Source of the DNA: a virus
Taxonomy: Duplodnaviria; Caudoviricetes
DNA: 45,867 nucleotides
IMG/VR virus record: IMGVR_UViG_3300037478_000216
Coordinates: 1-45,867 of that record
Reading direction: 5' to 3' (one strand)
Within the stretch, counting starts at the first letter, position 1, and each line of letters opens with the position of its first letter. This document shows, in pieces, positions 16,987 to 27,062 of this stretch. Under the pieces are notes generated by a model that was not told where the DNA came from, did no database searches, and was given only the letters and a program-made list of their open reading frames with translations. A program made the translations under genes and the position numbers.

Positions 16987-17020
16987 ATAGGGGCCTACCG
17001 ATAGGCTGCGAGCGAACCGA

Positions 17021-17320
17021 ATGGCCCTGACTCCCGATGAGCTGTTAGCCACCGCCCGTTCCGTGGTAACAAAGGAACAGGTCGAGGCGCTAATGCGGCT
17101 CACGGTTCAAGACGCACTCGACTTAGACTCCAAGACCTGCGTCCAGTCTCGACAGTTTGCTGGCAGCCTGATATTCCCAAAAGATACAAGCAAGGTGGAA
17201 GATACGCGATTCAAGGCTGTAGCCTTCTGCACGTTTTCCGAATACAACGAGATACAAAAGTATAAGGCTCGCATTGCCGAGCTAGAGGCCGAGATTGCAA
17301 GCATGAAGGGGGCCTCTTGA
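17021..17320 (+). CDS. Putative terminase small subunit
   Basis: Position directly upstream of and overlapping TerL; C-terminal coiled coil; assigned by position only. Confidence 0.45.
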   Translation: MALTPDELLATARSVVTKEQVEALMRLTVQDALDLDSKTCVQSRQFAGSLIFPKDTSKVEDTRFKAVAFCTFSEYNEIQKYKARIAELEAEIASMKGAS

Positions 17321-18663
17321 CCGCTCCCGTTTGGGACAGAAATCCAGACGTTGTAGAGTACCTGCCCCTGCTTGATAAGCAGATGCACACGCTCTCCCGC
17401 CCCGACCACATTCGCCAGCTCTTTGTTGGCGGTGTTGGATACGGCAAGACTAAAATCCTGGGCAACTTCGCCCTTCGCGAATCCTGTAATTACCCCAACA
17501 ACCTCGGACTTGTCGCTGGCGCAACCAGGCCAAGCATGAAGCTGGCGACAATCGACAAGGTTGTCGAGGAAATAACAGCTCGCGAAGTTTGGGTGAACCA
17601 CATCGAGTATCGGGACGAGGTTCACTTCCACAACAGTAGCTGGTTCAAGTTCCAGTCGCTCGACGTCAACAAGAAGGACGAGCTAGAGGGTTCCGAGTTG
17701 GGCTGGTTGGTAATCGACGAAATTACGGGGTGCGACGAAGATAAGGTCAACGCGCTCCTGAACAGGGTGCGGAGAATGTCTCCCTGCGCCAAGAAGCTAA
17801 GGATGGCTGAAAAGTTCGGCCTCTCAACCGAGGGGCTGACAAAACCCGGCGACCCGGACTGGTGGGATTATTCACGCCGCGTTCTCCTGTGCGGTAACCC
17901 TCCCGCGCCCGGTCACTGGCTAGAGCAGGCGTTTGTTCGACGGGAAGGGCAGGAAGACCTGCCGCCCCTCGGTGAAGTGGTCCAGTGTTCGACCTATGAA
18001 AACGTGCTACTTCCCGATGACTACATCGCAAACCTTGAGCGCCAGTATCCTCCGGGCACTTTCCTGCACAAGCGGATGATGCTTGGAATGTTCGGGATTG
18101 CTGCCGAGGGCGCGATATACGACCTTTACAACCCCTCCGTTCACCTGATCGACGAGAGGGACGTTCCATTCGATAAGGCCATCGGAAACATCGGCGCAAT
18201 CGACCTTGGCTCTGGCGGGCACACGGGCGATCCGTTTGTTTACCTCCAGTCTGTTGTCACCGCGCCGGGCGCGCCGAATCGGAGACCTGCGATTTATTTC
18301 GTTGGAGAGTATTATTCTCGCGAGGGTCGCACGATGGAACAGCACGCTCACACAATCCGAGCGCTACACCGTCCGGGCGCAATTTATTGCGACTACGGAG
18401 GGCAAGAGCGGCTGGAGCTGAAGGCTCTTGGAATTAGGACGGTTTCGGCGCATAAGGACATCGTCGCCGGGATTCACGCCGTTCGCTCCCGTTTCGCCAA
18501 TAACGAAATCTTTATTGTTCGTGGCAGATGTCCAAACCTTCTGCGCGAGCTGCCGATGTACGTTTGGGCTGAAGGCGATAAAACTAAAGCGCCAGAGGGA
18601 GACCACGCGCTAGACACGATGAGGTATGTCGTATCGGCGCTGGACCTTCCACGGGCTAAATAG
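17317..18663 (+). CDS. terL: Terminase large subunit
   Basis: GGVGYGKT Walker A, LVIDE Walker B, CGNP motif, nuclease AIDLG and DHALDTMRY. Confidence 0.92.
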   Translation: MTAPVWDRNPDVVEYLPLLDKQMHTLSRPDHIRQLFVGGVGYGKTKILGNFALRESCNYPNNLGLVAGATRPSMKLATIDKVVEEITAREVWVNHIEYRDEVHFHNSSWFKFQSLDVNKKDELEGSELGWLVIDEITGCDEDKVNALLNRVRRMSPCAKKLRMAEKFGLSTEGLTKPGDPDWWDYSRRVLLCGNPPAPGHWLEQAFVRREGQEDLPPLGEVVQCSTYENVLLPDDYIANLERQYPPGTFLHKRMMLGMFGIAAEGAIYDLYNPSVHLIDERDVPFDKAIGNIGAIDLGSGGHTGDPFVYLQSVVTAPGAPNRRPAIYFVGEYYSREGRTMEQHAHTIRALHRPGAIYCDYGGQERLELKALGIRTVSAHKDIVAGIHAVRSRFANNEIFIVRGRCPNLLRELPMYVWAEGDKTKAPEGDHALDTMRYVVSALDLPRAK

Positions 18664-18671
18664 GGGAAACA

Positions 18672-20093
18672 ATGGGCTTTTTTGACTGGATAAAGCTGCC
18701 GACAAAGAGGTCTCCAAAGGACGACGCCGCGAACGTCAACGAGCCCACGTCAACCTCTGCCGTTGGCAACAGGGGCGCGAAGCTCCCCCTATTCAGGGAC
18801 TTGCCGACGGAGATAGCATATCGGGCATACGACCAGATTTACTCACAAGACGTTACCTATCATCCCCTGCTGAAGCGAGCCAAGAAGTGCGGCGGGTTTA
18901 CCGCGATGGTTATCGGCGAGGGGGAGCGCCGCGACCAGCTACAGGACGTTGTGGATAACTCAATGGGGATGCCACAGACGCAAGAGTTCCTATCTTACTC
19001 CGACGTGGAAGGCGTGCGCGGAGTTTGGATGATGGCCAGCCCGCGCGGAAAGATGAACGTTGTTAGCTTTCTTGGCGGCGGGATGAAAAAATGGAAAGCA
19101 GGCGGCGAGCTCTGGTGGGGCGGCTTCCAGTCGAGGGACGCTGTGCGCCTATCTCCCCGAAGTAGCACGCACCTCCAAGAGGACGTAACACTGGACCGTA
19201 ACCGCCTGCTTGTCCACTGTCCAACAATCGAAGTCAATCCAGACGGAGACACAACCCTCGGCCTAAACCTGCTGCGAATCGCGACGTTAGGCAAGTTGCT
19301 GGAAGGCGCAATGCAGGTTTACACCGAGAGGCATTCGCTGCCAAAAGAGATTATCGAGCTAGTCATGAGGGAGTACAGCCCTTCGTTCGTTACCTCGGCA
19401 GCCTCGGCGGCACTAGCCACCCTTCAAGATGCCAACGCAATGAAGTCGTGGTCTACCACGCCAGACGAAGCCCTAAAGATGGTCGAGGCTTCTGGCAAGA
19501 CCTGGCAGTTCCTCTTGGAAATGTATAAGCTGCTTGCCACCAGGGCGCACAAGCTGACAACTGGCGAGTTCCTAACCTCTGGAACCGACACGGGAGATAT
19601 TCCCGAACTAGCAGAACGGCAATTCTTTTCTGCTGCTGCCTATGCTATGAAGCTGATGGGCGAGTCCTTCACCCATGATTTCCTGCCATACGCCGAAAAG
19701 ATAAACGAGCACTGGCTCGCTCCCCGCAAGAAAAAAGACCCGCCCATGTGGATTGAGTTTCGGGCACCGATTGAGAAACAGCAGCTCAAGCCAGCGGAAA
19801 TGTTACAGATTATGGACCGCTGGTATCCGACGACCTACGCCGACGCTTCTGCGGTGTTTGGCACCGAGCTGCCACCCGGCGTTGACCCGAAAGCGGTATT
19901 TCTAAAGCCGGGGATGCCATCGGTGAAAGCAGAAGAGCCGGCCAAGCCAGATGATAAAGTTCCCTCCTCTACCGGCGAGACGGACCAGAGAACCGACCGG
20001 GAGCAAGAGGATTCAAACATTCCTGCCGACGATACGCGGAAGCAGGACAAAAACGAAGACCTTAGAACGGTCGATAAGGACAAGGAGGAATAG
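18672..20093 (+). CDS. Portal protein (DUF935/Mu-like, divergent)
   Basis: Follows TerL, 473 aa; YTERHSLP resembles the portal F.E.yG.P motif. Confidence 0.7.
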   Translation: MGFFDWIKLPTKRSPKDDAANVNEPTSTSAVGNRGAKLPLFRDLPTEIAYRAYDQIYSQDVTYHPLLKRAKKCGGFTAMVIGEGERRDQLQDVVDNSMGMPQTQEFLSYSDVEGVRGVWMMASPRGKMNVVSFLGGGMKKWKAGGELWWGGFQSRDAVRLSPRSSTHLQEDVTLDRNRLLVHCPTIEVNPDGDTTLGLNLLRIATLGKLLEGAMQVYTERHSLPKEIIELVMREYSPSFVTSAASAALATLQDANAMKSWSTTPDEALKMVEASGKTWQFLLEMYKLLATRAHKLTTGEFLTSGTDTGDIPELAERQFFSAAAYAMKLMGESFTHDFLPYAEKINEHWLAPRKKKDPPMWIEFRAPIEKQQLKPAEMLQIMDRWYPTTYADASAVFGTELPPGVDPKAVFLKPGMPSVKAEEPAKPDDKVPSSTGETDQRTDREQEDSNIPADDTRKQDKNEDLRTVDKDKEE

Positions 20094-21404
20094 GTGGCAC
20101 TTCATAATGAAAAGTGTTTCAACAGCCACATGGGGGTGTGGTGCGCTCGCCCGGACGTAATCGAGTCTAAGGTCGAGGCTATACGCTCCGGGCTGATGAA
20201 GGCCGAGGAGCCGAGACCGAATAGAACGATGCGCCTTGCCGTGCTAGGTCCAACGTCGACCACTTCGCGCAAGATTGCCATCATCTACGTCGACGATGTG
20301 ATGATGCCGAAAGCGTCGAAGTTCGGCGGCTGCAGCACAATCGAAATCAGAAAACAGCTGAGGGCTGCCCGCGCCGATTCCTCTGTCGGCACAATCGTCA
20401 TGAAGTTTGACACACCCGGAGGCCACATCGAGGGGCAGGGCGAACTGGTCGACGAAATCGAGATGACAAAGCGGGAGAAGCCGGTTTATGCCTATGAGGG
20501 GGATATGTGCTGCTCGGCGGGCCAGTGGGCCTCGGCGGTGTGCGACTACGTTGCCTGTCACAGGATGACGGCGGCGGCAAACATTGGCGCGTTCGCGGTA
20601 TTGCACGATTTTAGCAAGATGGCAGAGATGGACGGGGTCCGCGTAATTGTTGTGCGCAGCGGACCAAAGAAGGGCCTGGGAGTCGGCGGGACGGAGATTG
20701 ACGACCTGACAATCGGGGAAGTGCAAAAGGACATTGACAACATCTACGGTCAGTTTATTCAAGACGTGTCTGCGGGCCGAACGGAATGGGATGGGGTTGC
20801 CGCCGACGGAAGTGTGCTGTACGGTGTTCAGCTTGTGGAGGCTGGACTTGCCGATGAAGTGACAACGTTTGAGGATTTCCTCGGTCGTGTGGCCGCTGGA
20901 GAGGACTTCAAACAGACGAGGAGAGAGAAGATGGAGAAGAAGGTGGAAGAAGCGAAGCAAGAGGCCTCCGAGCTGCAGTCGAAAATTGACTCGACTGACG
21001 TGCTTGCCGCGCAGGTGAAGGAGCTGGCGGAACAGAACGCGGCGCTCCAGAAGAACATGGAATTGCTCACGAGCAAGGAAGCTGCCGAGTCGGCAGAGGC
21101 CGCCATCATCGAGAAGGTCGCGGTCGTCCTGGGATTCAAGGTTGGCTCCGACCTGACTCCCGACCAGATGGTCAAGCAGCTCTCGACACTGGTGAAGAAC
21201 TCGGACCAAAAGCCGAGCGTGTCGAATCCGACAGAGCTCACCCTCGGTGGCCACGTCAACCCGGCGCGTGCAATGATGAACGAGTACAAAAAGAAGTTCG
21301 GCAAGTTCAAGGGCGGTGCAATGTTTCGCGACGCACACCCGGACCTGTACGCCGCTCTTCAGCAGGAGCGAGAGACGGCCATTGCCACCAGCGGCAAGAA
21401 GTAA
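20094..21404 (+). CDS. S49 (SppA-like) prohead protease with C-terminal scaffold
   Basis: FDTPGG, CCSAGQW, NIGAF, A..AGLADEV; coiled-coil C-terminal half. Confidence 0.88.
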   Translation: MALHNEKCFNSHMGVWCARPDVIESKVEAIRSGLMKAEEPRPNRTMRLAVLGPTSTTSRKIAIIYVDDVMMPKASKFGGCSTIEIRKQLRAARADSSVGTIVMKFDTPGGHIEGQGELVDEIEMTKREKPVYAYEGDMCCSAGQWASAVCDYVACHRMTAAANIGAFAVLHDFSKMAEMDGVRVIVVRSGPKKGLGVGGTEIDDLTIGEVQKDIDNIYGQFIQDVSAGRTEWDGVAADGSVLYGVQLVEAGLADEVTTFEDFLGRVAAGEDFKQTRREKMEKKVEEAKQEASELQSKIDSTDVLAAQVKELAEQNAALQKNMELLTSKEAAESAEAAIIEKVAVVLGFKVGSDLTPDQMVKQLSTLVKNSDQKPSVSNPTELTLGGHVNPARAMMNEYKKKFGKFKGGAMFRDAHPDLYAALQQERETAIATSGKK

Positions 21405-21438
21405 CTAACCAACACAAGAAACAAGAGGAGAAGGAAAG

Positions 21439-22341
21439 ATGGGAACAAGTAGCGTAACAGAGGGCAAGCCAAAGACCTTTACCGCCGGTGGGACGATTCT
21501 GCCCCATCGTGCGTTGAAGCCCACGGCTGCAGGATGGGTACATTGTGGAGCTGGCGAGGGCAACCTTTGCCGTGGCTTCTCTGGCGACGAGGGCAGCCTC
21601 CAGGGTGAAATCACGGTTTGGCTGCGCAACGCCGGTTGCTCAATCCTTATCGAGACGTCTTCGGACGGCATTATCTACGCGCCAATGTATTGTGCGGCGG
21701 CTGGCGTAGTGACCGACGTTCCGAACGGCGAGGCCGTGGTTGAGCTGCTTGAGGCAGCCAGCGGCACTGGCTCGATCAAAGAGGGGCTCGTTCTTCCCTC
21801 TGGTAATTCGGCAGCACAGGCTGCTGCGCTTGGGGCACTTCCACTGCTGACGAACGCGATCACGGCTGCCGAATTGGCCGCAGAGCCACGTCTTGTGCTT
21901 GGCATGGAAGTTCGCTCTGGCACTGGCGGCCTTTATAAGCTGGTGCTGAATGACAACGTCAACGGTGCGGCTATTGGCGCTCCGCTTGGCACACGTACTG
22001 CTGGTACCGTTTCTTATGACATGAGCGACGACCTTGGCGCAAGCTCGGCGTTGGCGTGTCAGGGTGCGGCGGCAAGCACGTTTGCTTCCACCGACGTTGT
22101 GGGCTGGATGCTTGTCGAGGGCGACCTCGAACAAGAGGGCATCTCGCTCGCCACGGATACAAACGTTGCCGCAAACACGGGCCTATTCTGGGGAGCAGAC
22201 GGTCTGTTCCACGGCCTTGCAATCACGGGCACGCCAGCAGACCACAAGTTTGTTGGACAGGCCGCGAAGGCCGACGCCGCCGCGCTGCTGGTTGCGGGCT
22301 ACATCAATGGTCGTGGCGCTGGATTCAATCAGGCTGCGTAA
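21439..22341 (+). CDS. Capsid decoration/cement protein with an extra domain
   Basis: Between protease and capsid genes; Gly/Ala-rich beta pattern (KTFTAGGTI..). Confidence 0.55.
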   Translation: MGTSSVTEGKPKTFTAGGTILPHRALKPTAAGWVHCGAGEGNLCRGFSGDEGSLQGEITVWLRNAGCSILIETSSDGIIYAPMYCAAAGVVTDVPNGEAVVELLEAASGTGSIKEGLVLPSGNSAAQAAALGALPLLTNAITAAELAAEPRLVLGMEVRSGTGGLYKLVLNDNVNGAAIGAPLGTRTAGTVSYDMSDDLGASSALACQGAAASTFASTDVVGWMLVEGDLEQEGISLATDTNVAANTGLFWGADGLFHGLAITGTPADHKFVGQAAKADAAALLVAGYINGRGAGFNQAA

Positions 22342-22380
22342 TCAAGCTGACAACAAACAAGAAAGAGGAGAAGAAACAAG

Positions 22381-23370
22381 ATGGTTCCAGAAACAGCAAC
22401 AATCACGCAGCGTCCAGAGTTCGACGTGCCGTTCAACGAGTTCGAGCAGATGCCAGTTGGGCTCGGCTATGTCGGCATGTCGGTTCTGCGCCCCGTGATG
22501 GTGGGCCGCCAGCGTGGCGAGTTCTACGTGAAGGAGCTGAAGGAAAAGCTGCGCAACGGCATTCTCAAGCGCAACCCCGACGGCACCTACAATCGAATCA
22601 ATCGAAAGTTCAACGAGCGATCCTACGCGACCGAGGAAATCGGCCTGGAGTCTCGCCTCGATGAGCGCCGCCGACGGATGTTCCCGGACCTTGCGTCTGC
22701 GGAATCGGACGCGGTGAACGACCTGTTCGATGACATCCTCCGGGGTATCGAGCAGGAGTCCGTCGACCTCCTCGACAACCTGACAACGTTTGTGGACGCT
22801 GCCGGGGTTGACACCTGGAGGGACCACGCAGGAGCAGAGCCGCTAACGGACATCACGGTCGCCAAGAAGTCGATTTACGACGCCACCGGCCTGATTCCGA
22901 ACGCGGTTGTCATGAGCTACGCCGACCTGCTCGACTTCGTGCTTTGCGATCAGGTAACCAACCGATTCAAGGGCCAGCCGTTTATCGACGCTCGCGTTGG
23001 GATGATGCTCGCCCAGCTCGACGTTCTCGCATCGCACCTTGGTGTTGAAAAGGTGTTTGTTGCGGGAGCGGTGCAAAACACCGCCGACTACGGCCAAGAC
23101 GTCGAAATCGAGTCGTTCTGGACGCCGGGTCACATCGGAGTCTACCGCATCGCGATGGGCGAGGACATGAAGCAGGCTTGCGTTGGCCGCACCTACATTT
23201 GGGGTGGCGACGGTTCCTCGATTGCCGGGGTTGAGCCACAGCTTGCGGTGGAGTCATATCGGGAGAATCAGACACGGAGCGATGTGTTCCGCGCCCGATT
23301 CGAGTTCAAGCCCGACGTGATCTACCCGGAGGCTGGCTACATCGTAACTGGCACCCAGGAAGCACCGTAA
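22381..23370 (+). CDS. Major capsid protein (HK97 fold, lambda gpE-like)
   Basis: 329 aa; R.P.G.YNRI...SYATEEIGLE and GLIPNAVVMS; followed by a terminator. Confidence 0.85.
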   Translation: MVPETATITQRPEFDVPFNEFEQMPVGLGYVGMSVLRPVMVGRQRGEFYVKELKEKLRNGILKRNPDGTYNRINRKFNERSYATEEIGLESRLDERRRRMFPDLASAESDAVNDLFDDILRGIEQESVDLLDNLTTFVDAAGVDTWRDHAGAEPLTDITVAKKSIYDATGLIPNAVVMSYADLLDFVLCDQVTNRFKGQPFIDARVGMMLAQLDVLASHLGVEKVFVAGAVQNTADYGQDVEIESFWTPGHIGVYRIAMGEDMKQACVGRTYIWGGDGSSIAGVEPQLAVESYRENQTRSDVFRARFEFKPDVIYPEAGYIVTGTQEAP

Positions 23371-23400
23371 ACAACACCGTAGTTTGGTGCTCAAACCAGA

Positions 23401-23428
23401 GGGGATCGTGCCTAGAGTGGCGATCCCC
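23401..23428 (+). terminator. Stem-loop after the capsid gene
   Basis: GGGGATCG-N12-CGATCCCC; no U-tract. Confidence 0.55.
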
Positions 23429-23459
23429 AAGGGCCTGAACACTTAGGGAGAATTATCAG

Positions 23460-23906
23460 ATGGCAACAGCGCTATTTATAGAGGCGGTTAGACAGACGAT
23501 GCAGGCCCTAGTTAGCGAAAGCCTGCTTGCCGACCTCACGAATCAAAGCTGGAACGAGGTGGCAACGCCGCCCGCTACCAAGCCAGCAACGGACGAGGCG
23601 AAGCTAGACGAGGCGATAAACCTGTCCGCCGCCGAGGTCCAGCCATTTATGGGGGCGGGGTCGGACCTCGAAGATGAGGATGATCTGTCTGTTTCTTACA
23701 CCGCCCAACTTGCCCTACATCACCTTATGTCAACCTGGGCGGGAAGGCTAAACGTAGACGTGTCTATTCAGTCGCGAGACTCAATCTACAGGGAAATGGA
23801 CATGCATCGCAAGATGAGGGTTGCCGCCGCGCGTAGGGCGCAAACTGGAAGTGTTAGAACGGGATGGAAGCCAACGGACGGAGTCAACCCGTTCGAGTGC
23901 ATGTAA
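23460..23906 (+). CDS. Putative head-tail adaptor (gp36/DUF1320-like)
   Basis: Position; LADLT....DEAKLDEAI..SAAEV pattern. Confidence 0.55.
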   Translation: MATALFIEAVRQTMQALVSESLLADLTNQSWNEVATPPATKPATDEAKLDEAINLSAAEVQPFMGAGSDLEDEDDLSVSYTAQLALHHLMSTWAGRLNVDVSIQSRDSIYREMDMHRKMRVAAARRAQTGSVRTGWKPTDGVNPFECM

Positions 23907-23919
23907 GGGGAGATGAACG

Positions 23920-25272
23920 ATGGCTAAAACAAAAGAACAGGTCAGGACGCTACTGCGAGACCTCAGCGAGATTCGCGAGGACGCAAGGGCCTACCTCAAC
24001 ACTGATTTCTGGCCGAAGATTCGCGCCCTGAAAGATGAGATAGTAACGGCGGATGTTCCGGCTGAGTGGATGTCAATCTTCGAGGAGTACAGGCTCGATC
24101 AAGAAGATGCCGCCAATGGATTTTGGGCGGTGATGGACGACTTGATGCGCCAGATTCACATGCCGCTTGGGGAATATGCCGGAAACACGACGCCGACCTC
24201 TAGCGAAGCCGCGAACATTAGCCTGTTCAACGAGAAGCTGCTGGCCGATTCGGAGGCCATCGAGACTCGCGGCGCAAGTAAGGTCGCGCTAACGCCAGAT
24301 GGTGGAAACTCTGGCGACGGCGTAGCTATTGAATTATGGACAGGGGCCGACGAGCTCGACCTAGATTGCGGGCACACCGAATCTCTGACGATGAAGTGTG
24401 TTGCTATCTCCTCCGGTGGCGAGGGACACTTCAACCTGCGCGGCGGGGAATACAAGAAGGCGCTGAGCGAGGACCAGGGAACGGGAGATGACAGGGATGG
24501 CTATCTCTACAATTGGGGAGAGACCCCCGACGAGTTCAGCGCAGCGATTCATTCGCTAGTAACCACCGACGAGGCCATCCTCAAGAGCATGAACGGGGCC
24601 GACAGCAGAAACATGGTCAGAGACGGCGGCTTCGAGAGAGAGCAGATCGGCGAGGACGATGAAGTCGGCAAGATTCACGGAGCACTAATCCTCTCCGGTG
24701 ATCCGGAAAACGTGACCCTGAATGACGCGACACCGATACGGGGAACGCAGAACCTGAACATTGGCGACGACAACGCTAACGAGATTGAGTTTCCTCTGGT
24801 TGGCAACCTGGTTGGGGTTCCACAGTTCCAGACGTTCCTATTTGCTCGGCGGGGGACCATTACCGGCAACCTGAACTTTATCTTTAGGAGCGGGCCCGCC
24901 TCCGCACCCACCGACCACTTCTCAATTACGCCCATCGTAATAGGAAGCCTTACCGCCGACGTGGTGACACGCGCAACTCTGGCGTTTGTAGTGCCAAAGG
25001 ATGTTGGCGAGAATCCCCGAATCGTGATTGAGACCGATACCGTGGCCGGTACTGGCTCTATTGATATTGACGAGCTAGTTGCTGGCGTAATGTCGCTGGT
25101 CGACTCGAATCGGTCGGTAATGCTAGTGGAGGGGCTGCTGCCCTTTGAGCGCGGGGATAAGTTTGTTGGAAGCAACACGATGGGAACCGCGCCGTTTCAA
25201 AGGATGTTCAACGAGTTATTCGGCAGGAGTATTGCCCACGACGGGACTCCTGTTTACTGGACCGTTTCATAG
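23920..25272 (+). CDS. Acidic virion structural protein of unknown function
   Basis: 450 aa in the structural module; NMVRDGGFE resembles the start of a carbohydrate-binding jelly-roll. Confidence 0.5.
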   Translation: MAKTKEQVRTLLRDLSEIREDARAYLNTDFWPKIRALKDEIVTADVPAEWMSIFEEYRLDQEDAANGFWAVMDDLMRQIHMPLGEYAGNTTPTSSEAANISLFNEKLLADSEAIETRGASKVALTPDGGNSGDGVAIELWTGADELDLDCGHTESLTMKCVAISSGGEGHFNLRGGEYKKALSEDQGTGDDRDGYLYNWGETPDEFSAAIHSLVTTDEAILKSMNGADSRNMVRDGGFEREQIGEDDEVGKIHGALILSGDPENVTLNDATPIRGTQNLNIGDDNANEIEFPLVGNLVGVPQFQTFLFARRGTITGNLNFIFRSGPASAPTDHFSITPIVIGSLTADVVTRATLAFVVPKDVGENPRIVIETDTVAGTGSIDIDELVAGVMSLVDSNRSVMLVEGLLPFERGDKFVGSNTMGTAPFQRMFNELFGRSIAHDGTPVYWTVS

Positions 25273-25282
25273 GGAGATTGGA

Positions 25283-25465
25283 ATGGACGAGCAACAGGCT
25301 AAGGCCAAAAAGATGATAGAGGATGCCCTTGGGGTTGTTACCTCTAAGATCGACCGAGATGGATTCAAAAACATTCAGGAGGCCGTCGACACAATCGAGG
25401 CCCTGGAGATTTTGACCAGCCTTGTAAGGTCGAGCGAGATCAGACTTGTGGAGAACGGTCAATAA
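25283..25465 (+). CDS. Small hypothetical protein
   Basis: ATG after GGGAG; coupled to the next gene. Confidence 0.55.
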   Translation: MDEQQAKAKKMIEDALGVVTSKIDRDGFKNIQEAVDTIEALEILTSLVRSSEIRLVENGQ

Positions 25466-25965
25466 TGCCGATGGTTATCTCGCACGCTGGCCACTTCAGG
25501 ATTCCCGGCTCTGCGACCTACAACGTTGTTCTGCTGAAAGAGCAGATTGCGGAGACCGGACGCCTAGTCCTACAGCGGCTGAGGCAAGATAATCGGATGG
25601 CGTTTTCCAATCAGGGCCACGCCCACCACGGCGGCAACAGATGGCGGCAACTTCGGCCATCGACCATTGCGGTGAAACGGGGAGATTCAAGAATCCTGAT
25701 TAGAACCGGCGCAATGAGACGCAGGCAATCTACTCTAGGAAAGTTTAGGCTGAGTGGAAAGACCGTGACTTGGGTGTTCAACTCGGTGAATAATTCCCCA
25801 TACTCGCACTTTCATCAGGCGGGGTTTGTTCACGCCAAAGCGGGGCTGGTTAGGCCGAGGCCGCCGGTGATGATAACGAAGCAAGACAAGCGCAACATCG
25901 ACGCAGCGTTTATGGCGCTTAGGCCGCCAGCGGGACCGAAGAAGCCAAAGGGAAGGGTAAGATGA
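25465..25965 (+). CDS. Phage virion morphogenesis protein (Mu gpG-like)
   Basis: W.QLRPST...K...ILIRTGAM and YSHFHQAG..RPRP. Confidence 0.75.
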   Translation: MPMVISHAGHFRIPGSATYNVVLLKEQIAETGRLVLQRLRQDNRMAFSNQGHAHHGGNRWRQLRPSTIAVKRGDSRILIRTGAMRRRQSTLGKFRLSGKTVTWVFNSVNNSPYSHFHQAGFVHAKAGLVRPRPPVMITKQDKRNIDAAFMALRPPAGPKKPKGRVR

Positions 25966-26525
25966 TCACCGAAGGACCAATGGAGCTGCGCGGGGGAATC
26001 TTCCTTATCAATCGCGGCCTAGACGACCTTGCCCCGGACCTGCTCGGCGGAACAAGGGTTGGCCGCCTCGAAGAGGTCTTGCAATGGAAGATGGGGAGCA
26101 ACGTCCATTCGGGCACGAAGGGAAACAATACTCCCACACACGCAAGAATTACCGGCGACTGGATTGAGGTATCCCTAACCCTGTCAGAGCTGACAGAGGA
26201 ATACCTAACCCTCATCACCAACAAGAGGTCGAGCGGGCTGTACTTTAGGCCTGGGGCGGTTGGCAAGTATGGGCACATCCTGCGAGCCTCCGAGTATAAC
26301 GCAATAGTAATTCGAGACGAGAAGGCCCCCGAAGATTATCCCGCGCTGTATATTCCGTTTGTTGTTTGCGCTGACAATGGATGGCACGCAAGCAGGGGCG
26401 TAGAGCATACCGCACTTGCGAACATAACCCTCCTGTCTCACGATGTCGGCGGGGCTGCCGGACCCGTGCCGTTTGAATATGGCGCGATAACCTCGTTCCT
26501 TGGATATGAGGAGCCGGAGGAATAA
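25962..26525 (+). CDS. Putative tail tube protein
   Basis: Position and GDWIEVSLTLSELTEE beta pattern; weak. Confidence 0.4.
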   Translation: MITEGPMELRGGIFLINRGLDDLAPDLLGGTRVGRLEEVLQWKMGSNVHSGTKGNNTPTHARITGDWIEVSLTLSELTEEYLTLITNKRSSGLYFRPGAVGKYGHILRASEYNAIVIRDEKAPEDYPALYIPFVVCADNGWHASRGVEHTALANITLLSHDVGGAAGPVPFEYGAITSFLGYEEPEE

Positions 26526-26977
26526 TGGCAAAGACGACGCCATCTAAATATATCAACGCAAAGGTTGTGGCTCTCCGCGCGCTGCTAATTGGCACCAAGC
26601 CCGCATTTGGCCGCGTTGTGCGTACCGCCGACATCGACCTAGAGCGCCTGTCTCGCATTCCGCAATTTCCATCGGCTGCCGTTATGGACATGGGTGGCGA
26701 GCTGCATAGTGTGAATGGCGAAATATGGGACCGGGTGTTTGCGGTTGCTGTAATCGTGAAATCCGCATCGGACGCCTTCGTCGACTCGGCCCACGACGAA
26801 CTAAGCAAGTTGACAGACGCCGTTATCGAGCTAATGCAAGAGTCGAGGGCCGACGACGGAATCTTCGCTTTCCACGACTCCGGCCAGCAGGCTATTGTTG
26901 GCGAGGGCGGGATAGATTATGTGCTGCAGATTGTCCAGTTTTCCTACAAGATCGACAGAGAGATCGGGGAGGAATAA
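26525..26977 (+). CDS. Putative tail terminator/completion protein
   Basis: 150 aa, FPSAAV, alpha/beta pattern ending VQFSY. Confidence 0.5.
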   Translation: MAKTTPSKYINAKVVALRALLIGTKPAFGRVVRTADIDLERLSRIPQFPSAAVMDMGGELHSVNGEIWDRVFAVAVIVKSASDAFVDSAHDELSKLTDAVIELMQESRADDGIFAFHDSGQQAIVGEGGIDYVLQIVQFSYKIDREIGEE

Positions 26978-26987
26978 CAGGTGATCG

Positions 26988-27062
26988 ATGCTCTATGTGT
27001 GGATTGGATTGATGGTCTTTCTTGCTCTGCTCGCGTTTATCGAGTGGCGGAGGTGGTGGTAG
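26988..27062 (+). CDS. 24-aa transmembrane peptide
   Basis: MLYVWIGLMVFLALLAFIEWRRWW after AGGTGA; its stop abuts the next ATG. Confidence 0.55.
   Translation: MLYVWIGLMVFLALLAFIEWRRWW

Noticed and set aside
20244-21338. Long antisense ORFs over structural genes (e.g. 364 aa opposite the protease)
   Set aside because: Expected shadows of GC3-biased coding; no motifs.
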